The position numbers were made by a program, and so were the translations under genes. From assembly GCA_047967505.1 (NCBI GenBank), contig CM106538.1: a stretch of DNA of 64,000 nucleotides, one strand, 5' to 3'. Numbering within the stretch: position 1 is the stretch's first letter; each line of letters begins with the position of its first letter. This document shows, piece after piece, positions 42,392 to 55,306 of this stretch. The notes below the pieces were generated by a model, which worked only from the letters and a program-made list of their open reading frames with translations, did no database searches and was not told where the DNA came from. Source of the stretch: Dipteris shenzhenensis (Eukaryota).

Positions 42392-45300
42392 TGTGGGGTT
42401 AAAGGTCACTGTGCCTTAACCCCAGTTATGTACAATACTCAAACACATATATAAATGAATGAAAAAGAAGATTAGGGTGGTTCTGCACCCACCAAACTTG
42501 TGTGGCTCTCTGTCTCTCTCTCTCCTTCTTCCTTTCTTGCTTCCGTTGAGAGCACTCTCAACTGGTATCAGAGCCCGGGTGATCTAGCTGAGCGTGCGTG
42601 AATGCTTGAAGCTCAGCAGCTCTGTGGGAGGAAGGAGAAGCTCTGTGGGAAGCTTTGTGGGTGACTTTACTTGCATCCGAGTGTGCAGAGACCTTGGAGG
42701 AACCTTTGGAAAAGTCACTTTGGCTTTGCGAAGTGGTTTTGAGAGCCTGTTAAGAGCTTTCAAAGAAAAAGTCGTTTTTTGAGGATTTCCCTGTTCCGTT
42801 CGATGACAGAGACTCCGTATTGACTTGTAGAGGCAACTATTGCTTGCTTTTGGTGTCCACATTACTTCAGGAGCTTGGAAACACCTTCATTCTTGAATCT
42901 GGGATCATTTCAGTGGATTTCTGACTCACTGTATCAGTTCCTGCGTTTTTTGCCCGGGTGTTGGAACTCAAGTTTGGAGCAACCATTTGCAGATCTGTCA
43001 GTTCCGGTGGACTCAGGAGGTCCTAAAACTTCTATGTTGCTCATCATTCGCACTCTGGTGGAGTTTACAGATAGATCTGTTTCCAAAAACGTTTTTCAGT
43101 CCGTGTGTTGGACCCAGTGATTGAGACCAGGGTTTCCAAAACCGTCTGTCCCATTGCGTTCCGGACACCCAAAAACCCCTACCTATCAGTTCTTGCGTGA
43201 TTCGGTGGAGGATTTTCAGAGTTATAAATCTCTGTGTATTCGATTTCGTCTCTCTGTTATGCATTTTTCATGCTAAGGTTTTGAAACCTTAGATTTATGC
43301 CACATGGCAGTGGATAAGTGTTGACTCCCATTTCTCATTCATCGGTTGGGATTTTGGAGTTTTGGCAGAAGAGAGATATTTGCAGATTTTCTTGCTGAGT
43401 CCGATTATGCAATGGCGCCCATGTTTTGAAGCATCTCAGGTTCTATTTTCAGTAGCGCTCATTACCGTGGGACTATGATTTCTTGAGTATACCTTATGCA
43501 GATCACTCTGGTTGCAGTTTGAGCAGTGTGCGCTCATTCGTGGTATGCATTGGGTTGCAGTGGATGATTTATAGGCCATTTGGATGCATTGCGGTCCTTG
43601 TTGGATGCGCTGATAGGCCCAAATTGCCTTGTGGGATGCTATTTATATGGACGCTTTGCACATGGATGCTATTTTATGCTGAGGGACAGCTTTGACACAT
43701 TGCAGGTGATGCACTGATAGTGCTATGCTCTCTTGGATGAGACATTATTGATGCATATGCCAGTGGACAGTTTTATGCTTGAGTCATTTGGCACTTATTG
43801 GCATTTTCTTTTGGGCCAGATTTGCTCATATGGATGCATAGTATATGCACATGAGTCAGATGCTTTGAGTTTTGAGTTTTGGTGATATTTCACTCTATTG
43901 TGGCATACACATTTGGGTGCACCTAGTATTTGGTGTGATTCTCTCTTGCAGGCACTAGCATTTGGGATTTTGCTTTATTTGCATCATGGCATCCTCTTCC
44001 ATGCCTGAAAAGGAGTTTTTCAGCATTAAAAAGTTTGATGGGACAAACTTTTCTTTGTGGAAAGAACAGATAAGGGATGTGCTTATTCAAAAGAAGCAGA
44101 TTAAACCCTTGGCAGGGATTGAAGCTAAGCCTGCAAATATGTCTGAGGATGATTGGAATGAGTTGGATGCATTAGCAAAGTTTACTATTAGACTTCATCT
44201 TGCAGAGTCAGTTTATTTCACAGTAGTAAATGAGCAAACTACGGAAGATTTATGGAAGAAACTGTGTGCCACTTATGAGAAGGAAACTGCCTCTAATAAA
44301 GTTTACCTCATGAAGAGGTTGTTTGAGCTGCAGATGAAGGAAGGGGTCTCCATTGCTTCTCACTTGAATGAATTCAATATTATTTTCAGCCAGCTTCAGG
44401 CTCAGAAAATGAATTTTGATGCAGAGACTAAGGCAATATTTCTCTTATGTTCATTGCCATCCTCATGGGATACCTTCCGTACAGCTGTCAGTAACTCTGC
44501 ACCTGGTGGAGTACTGAAATTTGATGATGTTGTGGGTAGCTTGTTGGCCGAGGAGATTAGACGGAAGTCTATGGATGGCAACAAGCAGGATGCAGCCTTA
44601 AATGTGCAAAGGGACAGATCACAGTTCAGGGGGAAGTCCCAAGAAAGAGGGAAGTCTCGTAGCAAATCCAAGGCACGGAACATTGAGTGTTACCATTGTG
44701 GCAAGAAGGGCCATATGAAAAAGGATTGCTACAAGCTGAAAAGAGAGCAAAAGGATAAGAAAAAGAATGCAAATTGGGGTGCAAATCAAAAGGAAGAGAG
44801 TCCAAGGGAGGACAAAGGAAAAGTGAAGATCGAGGAGATCAATGCAGTCACACGTGATAGTGACAATGATGTTCTCTTCATGTCTAGTTTATCTGCAGAG
44901 TTGCTTACCACTTCAGATGATGCATATTCCTAGAATTGGATTTTGGATTCTGGTGCTTCATTCCATGTTACTCCCCATAGGGAATGGTTCTCCACTTATG
45001 ACAGTGGAAAGACAGGTTGTGTGCATCTTGGAAATGACTATGCATGTGACATAGTGGGAGCAGGTGACATAAAGTTTTCTTTTGCAAATGGGTCTGCATT
45101 TGTTTTAAAACATGTGAGACATGTGCCTAAGCTGACCAAGAGTCTTATTTCAGTGGGTCAGCTAGATGATGCTGGTTTTCACACCACTTTTGGCTTTCAA
45201 AGTTGGAAAATTCAAAAGGGCTCTATGCTTTTGGCCAGGGGTGCCAAGTGTGGGACTTTGTATCCCTTACATGTATCAGGGGTATTTGATCATGTTGTTG

Positions 45301-47035
45301 CAATAACCGAGCAGCCAAGCACTTCTTTGTGGCATTGCAGGTTGGGGCACATGAGCCAGAATGGAATGAAACTCTTATGCCGTTTGGGTTATGTACCGCA
45401 CTTGAGTTTCTCTGATTTTGAATTTTGTGAGCATTGACTAAATCAGCCCATAAAAGAAGGGGAAAGAAAGAGTTTGAAATGCTTGATTTGGTGCATTCAG
45501 ACGTATGTGGTCCCATGCCTACACGGTCATTAGGCGGGGCTGAATACTATGTGACATTCATTGATGATGCAACTAGGAAAGTGTGGGCTTATGCTATAGC
45601 TCGGAAGAGTGATGTGTTCCAGGTATTTCAGAAATGGCTGGCCTTGGTTGAGAATCAGTCAGGTAGAATGCTTAAATGCCTACGGACTGACAATGGTGGA
45701 GAGTATCTCTCTCATGACTTTCAGCATTTCTGTGATACTCGTGGGATTAAGAGGGAGCTTACATCCCCTCGTACTCCAGAGCAAAATCCAGTTGCAGAAA
45801 AGATGAACCGTACCATTCAAGAAAGTTTGCAATGCATGCTTTCCAATGCAAGTATTTCTGGTGGTTTTTGGGCTGAGGCAATGAAGACTGCAGTGCATGT
45901 GATCAATAGATCACCTAGTAATAGTTTGGATGGTGGTATTCTTGAAGAGGCATGGAGTGGCAAGAAGCCCTCTTACTCTCATTTGCATATATTTGGGTGT
46001 GAGGCATATGCACATGTGCCAAAAGAGCTTCGAAAGAAGCTAGATCCTAAGTCTAGGAAATGCATCTTTCTGGGTTATGGTGAAAGTGGAGAGATGGGCT
46101 ATCGTCTCTGGGATCCAGAAGCAAAGAAGATCATATGCAGCCATGATGTGGTCTTTAATGAGAAGAAGATGCATAAGGCACCCATGAGGGATGTGGAAAT
46201 GAGGAGAATCACTTTCCAGGATGTGAATCCACCTACATATGTTGATAGACAGCAAGCTGTCCATGCACCAAATGTGCAAGAAATGGTACCACCAAGTACT
46301 CCCACAGGTATACAATCAAGGGTAGATAATGGATCATCTATTGGTGGAAATGATGAGCCAAATATGGCTGATATGCAAATGGGACAGCAAGCTGAAATGC
46401 CCTTGAGAAGATCATCTAGAGTGTCTAGACCACCTGATAGGTTTGTTCTAGGGGTAGACTATGTGATGCTTACTGATTGCAGGGAGCCTTCTTGCTACAG
46501 AGAGGCTATGATGCGTGAGGATCAACGCAAGTGGGAGTATGCTATGCAATCAGAGATGAGTTCACTTATGAAGAATAAGATTTGGGACTTGGTTTCTTTG
46601 CCACATGGAAAGAAAGCATTGCCATTTCAGCTAGCACGGAATCCGGTCTTTCATGCAAAGACCAAACACATTGAGGTCAGGTACCATTTCATCAGGGAGG
46701 TACTTGAGGACAAGCGCATAGAGCTTGTCAAGGTTCATACAGATGATAACCCTGCAGATATGCTGACGAAGAGTCTACCTAGTCAGCGGTTTGAGTATTG
46801 TCGTGTATTGATGGGCATTGGATAGTATGCTCACTAGTTGTTCTCCCTTAAAGGCACATTGTCCTTTAAGTGGGAGGTTGTGGGGTTAAAGGTCACTGTG
46901 CCTTAACCCCAGTTATGTACAATACTCAAACACATATATAAATGAATGAAAAAGAAGATTAGGGTGGTTCTGCACCCACCAAACTTGTGTGGCTCTCTCC
47001 GTCTTCCTTTCTTGCTTCCGTTGAGAGCACTCTCA
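42392..47035 (+). mobile_element. Copia family E copy 1, internally deleted (no RT), TSD AGACT
   Basis: LTRs 42392-42560 and 46879-47035, PBS TGGTATCAGAGC at 42563-42574, AGACT at 42387-42391 and 47036-47040. Confidence 0.97.
43987..46825 (+). pseudogene. Disrupted gag-PR-INT-(RH tail) polyprotein of E copy 1
   Basis: Near-identical to the 56908 ORF, but with TAG at 44931, a 16-bp deletion near 45436 and a ~1.2-kb deletion at ~46625. Confidence 0.93.
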
Positions 47036-47846
47036 AGACTTAGGCTTGATGCACTATTGTTTAGGGATTGAAGTCTAGCAAGAGCCAGATGAGATATTCA
47101 TCTCTCAGTAGAAATATGCAAGGGAGATCTTGAAGGCATTTTGTATGTCCCAGTGCAAGGAGATAGCTACACCGATGGAGGTAAATATGAGGTTGTCTAT
47201 GGAGGATGCCTCACCACCAGTAGAAATCGGGAGGTATAGGAAGTTGGTCGGCAATCTCATCTATTTGTCCAACACCAGACCGGACATCTTGCTGTTGGCG
47301 TTTTGAGCAGGTTCTCCAATAAGCCCCGAGAGAATCATTGGAATGCACGGATGCAGGTGCTCACGTGTGTGAAGGGAACTCTTGATTATGGCATCACTTA
47401 TGGTACAGGCACTTCCTTGGCTGGTCATTGTGACTTGGATTGTGGGTTGGAGATGTTGATTCCTGGAAATCAGTTTCTAGATATTGTTTCTCTTTAGGTT
47501 CTGACAAAATATGAAGAGGGGAGAGGAGAAGAGTGGAGATGAGGAGAGAGGGCACAGCTAGAGAGCACACCACAAATGACTAACTGTACACTAGAATTAG
47601 TTGAAAAAATAGAATATATACAAACCCTTTTAGGGTTAGGGTTAGGGGATCTAACCCTTTCCTTTATAGCACTCTATAAGGTTAGTGCTATGCACATATG
47701 ATCACGTGATGGTGCTATGCACACATGATCACATGATGTTGAGCGTGAACTCTCAACACCTTCCCTCAAGATCAACATCATGAAGTAGGCCTTCCCTCAA
47801 GATGATGATTCTGGGGAATCGAAGAAGGACTGAGCATTACATTCCA

Positions 47847-50800
47847 TCACACCCCTTTAATGGGAATGTCCTTCCTCTGCATCAAACCAAGAGCTAGTCG
47901 GTGTTTCTCGAATAGCTCTTTCGAGTGGTTTGGTAAAGATGTCTGCAACATTTTCTTTGCTATCACAATGTTGCAGTGTGATGTCACCAAGTAACACTCT
48001 TTCTCTGATGAAGTGCTCTCTGACATCAATGTGCTTTGTTCTGGAGTGATATACTGGATTTTTGGCCAATGCTTGAGCCGATTGATTATCACATTATATT
48101 GTTGTTGGCTTTGACTCATCAAAGTAATCTGTTTCTGACAATAGTCTTCTGAGCCATATAGCCTCACATGCACCTGTAGTGAGTGCTCTATATTCTGCTT
48201 CAGTCGAAGACAAAGAAACAGTTGGCTGTTTGTTTGACAACCATGATATAGCACCTTGAGCAAGGAAAAATGCATATCCCTGTGTCGATCTCCTGGTCTC
48301 ATGATCTCCAGCATAGTCATTGTCACAGTATCCATGCAACCGTGGATGACTTCCTCTGTATTCTATCCCAAACTGTCTTGTACCTCTGATGTATCTCAAG
48401 ACTCTTTTGGCTGCATTCCAGTGAGACTGTTTTGGATTTGCCATAAACTGTGCTAGTGAGCTTACTGCATAACAAATATCTGGTCGTGTGATTGTCAGAT
48501 ATATAAGAGATCCAATGAGTTGCCTGTAGTATCTGTCATTGACTGTAGGCTTTTCTGAATCTTTAGTAAGTTTCAAACTCTGTTCCATGGGAGTGGCTGC
48601 AATCTTGCAATCGGCCATATGAAACTTCTTCAGGAGACTGTCAACATACTTGAGCTGACTCATGAATGTGCTATCTGAATCTCTCCAGAACTCAATTCCA
48701 AGACAATAGTGCATAAGTCCAAGATCTTTCATGTCGAACTCTGCAGATAAGTCTTGTTTTAGTTTTCTGATGAAGCTATCCTTGCTTCGTGTCACAATCA
48801 GATCATCTACGTACAAAAGTGCAATAGTAATATCTTCCCCTTGAACTTTGTAGTAGAGAGTATGATCTGCATTGGACTTCAGGTATCCCAGATCAGTAAA
48901 ATACTGGTCAATTCTACTGTACCAACTTCTGGGGGCTTGCTTTAAGCCGTAGAGACTTTTCTTGAGATGGCAAACCTTGTTCTCTTTTCCTGGTTCAACA
49001 TAACCGGCTGGTTGTTGCATGTAGACTTCCTCGTCTAGATAACCATTGAGAAATGCATTCTTGACATCGAGCTGATACACATTCCATTTACTGAGTGTCG
49101 CTAGTGATATCAAGAACCGTATGGAATCCATCTTTGCTACTGGAGCATAAGTCTCATCATAATCTTGGCCATATTGTTGTGCAAATCCTTTTGCAACTAA
49201 TCTGGCTTTGTATCTCTGAATACTGCCATCTGGATTGTACTTCACTTTGTATACCCATTTGTTGGCTATGGCCTTCTTTCCTGGTGGAAGGTCGCATAAT
49301 TCCCAAGTGTTATTTTTATACAAAGCATCCATTTCTTCATTCATAGCAGTTTGCCATTCTGGCTTCTCTACTGCGTCTTCGAAGTACACTAGCTCTTCTG
49401 TAGCCATGATGGTAGTCATAAGAGCATAGTTGGTGGTTTCCACCTGAATTGCTTTGCCTTTCTGAGCATATGTCAATCTGGCTGGTGGTCTGCTTTCCCT
49501 AGTAGACCGTCTGAGCTGCTGTGGCACTGCTTGGGGTGTTGCTGGCAATTCTTGCTCTTCTTCATCAACCTGTTCTATAGATGACTGTGAAGTCGATGCT
49601 TCTATCTCCTGTGTAGGTGAGGTTTTCCATTCTGATTCCTCATCGAAGATTACATCTCTGGAGATAATGACTTTGTGGTTGATGGGATCATACAATTTGT
49701 ATGCTTTACTTTCTTCACTGTAGCCTACCATGATGCATTTGCGTGACTTCGCATCCAATTTCCTACGATGATCATCATGTATGTGGGCATATGCTATGCA
49801 ACCAAATATGCGGAGATGCCCAATGCGTGGCTTGTGTCCAGTGAATGCTTCATAAGGAGTCATACCTTGTATCGGTTCGGTAGGAAGCCGATTAAGCAAG
49901 TAGTTAGTTGTAGCTATTGCTTCTGCCCAATACTGATTTGGAAGATGCTTTTCACTAAGCATTGCTCTAGCACTGTCTGCTAAAGTCCCATTCTTCCTTT
50001 CAGCTATTGCATTTTGCTGAGGAGTATTTGCACATGTGAATTGTCTTCGAATACCGTGAGTTTTGCAAAAGTTCATGAATGCTGAAGACATGTATTCACC
50101 TCCTCTGTCTGATCTCATGACCTTGATCTTTCTGCCTGTTTGGTTTTCTACCATGGCTTTGAATTCTTGAAATTTGGTAAACACTTCAGATTTCTCTTTC
50201 AGAAAGTAGACCCAACAATATCTGCTATAGTCGTCGATGAAGGTCAAGTAATAAAGTGAACCATTGATGCTGCGGGTCTGGGCATAACCCCATACATCTG
50301 TATGAATTAAATCAAGAATACCTCGTGCACGAGAGGTACTTCTGACAAAGTTGGTTCGCTTTTGTTTGCCGAAGCAGCATGCTTCACAAACCTTTCCAAG
50401 AAACTGTAGCTTCGGAATCCCAATTGCCATATTTTGATTCCTTAGATCTAACAAGTACTTGAAGTTGACATGACCATATCTCTTGTGCCATTTTGCAGAT
50501 AGTGGCATCTGTTGCATTTGAGCTGACATGGCATGCTTATCTGGTACTGTAGCTAGCATCTTGTATAAGCGTCCTTCCTTGACACCTTTTGCTACTAGCT
50601 GACCTCTTTTGGATTTGTCTCTGATAGTGCATTCATCACCGTCGAAGATGACTTTGTAGTTGTGTTCCGTCATTTGACCTACTGACAAAAGGTTCTTGCT
50701 GAGCTTCGGAACATAGAGCACATCTTTGACTAATCCTTTTGTACCAGTGAAATTGTTCATAGGGATAACACCTGTCCCTTGAACCGGATTCGGTGTATTG

Positions 50801-52115
50801 TCTGCTGTGTAGATGACATTCTTTTGACCTTCTAATGGCTTCATTTCTGTGAACCATTCCTAATGATTTGTCATATGAGATGATGCACCGCTGTCGATGT
50901 ACCAAGGATCCTGTTCCACTTGGTCGACTTGATAACTGAAATCCTCTTTGGGATTGAAATCAGTGTGTCTAGGTGCATTGTATCAGTCTGATGCAATTCC
51001 TCACTTGCAAGAAACATATTTCCATGTTCATTTGCAAAATGACTGTGACTAGAATGTCCACCACGATGATTTCCTCTTCCTCGGGAATTCCCTTGATTAC
51101 TGCTGGATTGACCGCCTTGGTCATACTGCTTCTTGCGGCAATCTCTTTCATAGTGTCCAAACTTGTGACAATAGTTGCATTGAATGTTTGACACATTGGT
51201 GGATGCATTCCCTCGTCCTTGGAATCTTCCTCGGTTGGAATGATTTCCTCTTTGCTGATTTTGATGTTGCTGAGGATGCTGCTGATGCTGATGCTGATTC
51301 TGACTTTGATTTTGTTGATGATGATGACCACTTTTCTGATATGATCTACCTCTGTTTCTGCCTTTGCCTCTGCTTCTGTCTGAAGCGGTGAATGCTTGAT
51401 CATTAGAATGACCTTTACGTGCTTGAATGGCCTGAGTCCTGATTTCTTCACCAAGTAGAACTGACTGAAGTTCTTCAAGTGTTGGAATTTGCCGTTGGAT
51501 GGCAATACTCTGGACTAGATTCTCATATCCTTCTCCTAGTCCATTTAGGATTACTTGAACCATTTCTGCGGGATTCATAGTTTCTCCTGCTGCTGCAAGT
51601 TGATTGTTGTAGTCTTTGATGCGGAGTACATAAGCATGACCGGTTTCATTGCTATTGCGGAAACTCTGGTTGATCTGGTTTCTCAGGGTGAGAATCCTGG
51701 ATGTGTTCTTGGACTCGTAGAGAGCTGCGAACATATCCCATGCTTCTTTTGATGTCTTGACTGTGTTGAGCTGTCCTAGCATGACATCTTGCACATTTTG
51801 CTTGATCAGGTGATAGGCATACTTATCTTTCTTATCCCATTCTGCTTGAGCTCGGGCAATGGCAGGATCTGCTACTCGTGTGGAAACTGTTTGTGTAGAT
51901 GTAGATCCCGATGTAGATCCCGTTGCTGGTGCTGTGACAACAGATGGAGTAGAGCTACTGGTGGCTGGATCGGCCAATGGTCTAGGTATGGATCCATTGA
52001 CATACTCCCATTTGTCCTGAAGCACAAGAATGGTCTCCATTCGGTATTTCCATGTACCGTAATTGGAGTTGTCTAACTTAGCAGATGCCTCCAGATTGAG
52101 GTTGCTAGTCGACAT
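47847..52115 (-). pseudogene. gag-pol: Copia A gag-pol with four lesions
   Basis: Gag 52115-50871 (KLDNSNYGTWK, CNYCHKFGHYERDC). Frameshift ~50970 before WYIDSGASSHM, TAG ~50861, ORF 50844-48094 (INT, RT YVDDL, RH), TAA 48094, frameshift ~47922. Confidence 0.93.
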
Positions 52116-52879
52116 GGTGCAAACAATGTACTCAAAAGTGTCCTGAAAAACTCTGTATGAATCAACTGCAAATACACTGAAGATGCCAAGTGAAATCTCT
52201 GTACCGTCGGTGAAGATAGAACTGCTGTATATAAGATCTGATCTGTGTTACAAGGCTTGTGGCAATGATGCCGGGAATAGCCAAGAGGCTTTACAAGGCT
52301 GAAAAAAATGATGTGCACGATGCCGTGAGATAGCCAAATACAATGGTGGCATGTGTGTGTGAAATCAAGTGCTATCTGCCCACTGAATCAATCTGCAATG
52401 CCTCTGAACTCTGAAGTCTGCTCACTGAACTGATGAACGTAAGGTTTCCGGTAATGTAATGATGTGAAATCGGATGTGAGCATATGGACTGACTCCGAGT
52501 AGGTACTAGTCGGGAATTTCGGGCATGGCTTAGATTGGCAACTTGGGGAATTCAAAGCGTCCCCTCTATGGCGATCTAGTCTACTCTGATCTAGATCTAA
52601 ACCAACCGTCGATCGATGAAAGAGCAGCGAATAACTCCTTTTCCTTTGTTCTTTTTAAGTGCTGGGTCAGATGCGTCGATGTAGAGGCAAATGTGCGTGA
52701 AGGAAGTGGTTTTGCCGGCGAGGCTCAAATGTGAGTGTAACTTGCGCCGAAATGTGCACATGATGTAATGAGCGCGTAGAGCACAAAAAATCGAGCGACT
52801 TTCCTTTTTGGAGCACCCTCAAATTCTTCCTGGATCAAGAGATATGACTTGATCTAGGTGGAGGGGCAAAAGGAGTGCA

Positions 52880-53500
52880 AATGGTGCTCAATGATGATGT
52901 GTCACTGTGAGTCACATGCAGTGATGATGTGGCACTGTGCTTAGCAGGAGGTGTGCCAGTGAAGCTCTGTGCTGAGGTGGCAGGAGTGTGCACATGCAGT
53001 GTGTGCACAGTGTGCCTGGCAAGGGACTGTGCCTGCAGAGGGTCAGTGCTGACTGGACTGCTGAGGTGGCAGTGCTGAGGTGGCACTGATGATGTCAGCA
53101 GGGTGACGTGGCAATGTTGACGTGGCACTGATGACATGGCATAGGTAACGTGGCACTGGTGACATGGCACTGATGACATGGCACTGATGATGTGGCACTG
53201 ATGACGTGGCACGGGTGATGTGGCATAGGTGACGTGGCACTGATGACGCGGCACTGATGACGTGGCACTAATGACGTGGCACTGATGACGTGGCACAAGT
53301 GATGTGGCACTGATGATGTGGCAACTGACGTGGCAGATGATGTGGCAGTGCTGACGTGTCCTGCTTACGTGGCATTGATGACGTGGCAGGATGAGCTGGC
53401 AGGGGTGACGTGTCAATTTGAGATAAGGTGATGACGTGTCTCGTGGATAAGGACTCCACGTGTCAATAACGGATGTATGCCTTATCCTCCACGTGTCAGA
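52880..53500. repeat. ~14-bp tandem array TGATGACGTGGCAC (ABRE/G-box-like cores) in the copia A leader
   Basis: About 20 or more units. Roughly 11 have ACGTGGC, about 5 have ACGTGTC, and the rest are ATGTGG/ACATGG variants. Confidence 0.92.
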
Positions 53501-55306
53501 GCGCGGGCAGCTAGAATCTTTGGAGATGCTCCGGAATCTTTAAAGATTCCGTCGATGGAGTCGTTGGTCTGCGGGCGTACCTCTCCAGTCGTCTTTTCGC
53601 AGCGTGGAACGACAGCAATGTGGTGACTTGTGTGTCGCAGGCTACTCCCACTAGGCTCGAACAGAAGCTGTTGACGTGAAGGAGCTTGCTGTTGGTTATC
53701 GGTTGGAATTACAGCACCGCTTCTCTACCAGCCTGCCTCAACCTTTGCCTATCCAACTGCTCTTGTGCTGCCGTCTTCTACCAGCACAACACTTCAGTCT
53801 GCCTTCATGTGTCCAGGGTGATGAGCCTCCTCAATATGAGCGATGCAAATTACTCCTCTTCTTCAGAATGGCGCCCATCATCGCGTGAAAATGCATGGGA
53901 AGGGGTTCTCTTCCTAGCGTAGCGGCGGTAGGTAGCTCCAGAGATGCAAAATATCAGAAGACAGGGAAGAAGCAATTTCTGGCGGAAGTGGCCACGATAG
54001 GGAGAGTGGATCACGTCCACATAGTCCGCTTGTTCGGCTTTTGCTTGGAGGGAGCTTGATGTTGTAGAAGGCCGCGTTGAGTGCGCATGAGCTGAGTCAC
54101 TTGCTATGCAGAAGGGCTTGGAACGAGCCGGTGAAGAGGCTTGGAGCTCTGATCATCGAAGAGCCTTCGGAGGCTCAAGGCGTAGCGCTATGAGAGCTAA
54201 TGGCAGCCGTCAGTGGGCTGCGCTGGCCTTCGATGGAGAGGTTGCGTAGAAGTCTTCTGCAAGTCCGCGCAGGTTGAGGCCGTGCCTTGAGGCCTTGGAC
54301 TGTGGTGGCTGTATAAGCCTTAGAGCTGCTGGCTAACCGTGAGCCGTAGGTCAAGCTGCTGAATGCTTTGTTGAAGAACCACGGGTTGAGGAGCTGCTGT
54401 AGATGGCTTATGCGAGAGCCTTTAGAAGAGGCTGTTGATGCAGTTGTCCATCCTTGTTGTGATGCTAGCAACAAGTCGAGCTGCCGGGCACTAAGGCTAG
54501 ATGGTTGAGAGCCTTAGAGTTGTAGAAGGTCCTGTAGAGAACCTTTGATCGACCACTAATGTAGAGAACATAGAGGAACAACTCTCTCTCTCTCCCTATA
54601 TTCCTCTCAAGCATTACACTCCCTATATTTCTCTCAAAGCATTACTCACAATCTCTCGGAATCACTCATAAGATCTCAGTGGAATGAAGAGAAATCCTCA
54701 CATGGAACCCAAGAAATGAACGGAAATCTCTTAAGCAATGACGGAAATTTTCTCTCAAATGGACGGAATTTTCTCTCAACGGAAGTGAAGGGAAGAATCT
54801 CACAATCACTCAAGAGAACTCTCAATCTCACAATCTCTCTCGCACTCTCAAGAATCTCAATGTCTCAGCGGAAGACAAGGAAGCTCTGATACCATGACAA
54901 AATATGAAGAGGGGAGAGGAGAAGAGTGGAGATGAGGAGAGAGGGCACAGCTAGAGAGCACACCGCAAATGACTAACTGTACACTAGAATTAGTTGAAAA
55001 AATAGAATATATACAAACCCTTTTAGGGTTAGGGTTAGGGGATCTAACCCTTTCCTTTATAGCACTCTATAAGGTTAGTGATATGCACATATGATCACGT
55101 GATGGTGCTATGCACACATGATCACATGATGTTGAGCGTGAACTCTCAACAGGTTCAGGTATCTTCTCTTGGATCAATAAGAAACAACCAATATTGGCAT
55201 TGTCTTCTATCGAGGCTAAGTACAAGGCAACATGTTTTACTACTTGTGAAGTAGTGTGGCTAAGGAGGATCTTATGGCACATGGGAGTACAAGAGGATGA
55301 GGCAAC

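Larger units (their letters stand above)
47502..55151 (-). mobile_element. Full-length Ty1/copia family A element, TSD GGTTC
   Basis: 257-bp LTRs 47502-47758 and 54895-55151 (2 visible differences), PBS TGGTATCAGAGC at 54883-54894, PPT GAGGGAAGG, GGTTC at 47497-47501 and 55152-55156. Confidence 0.98.

Noticed and set aside
50860-50990. Programmed gag/pol frameshift or readthrough in copia A
   Set aside because: Two separate lesions (frameshift plus TAG inside protease) and further lesions in RNase H indicate decay. No slippery heptamer was recognised.
52835-53459. His/Cys-rich repetitive ORFs (metal-binding-like)
   Set aside because: These are translations of the 14-bp DNA repeat. The unit length is not a multiple of three and the same peptides cycle through all frames.
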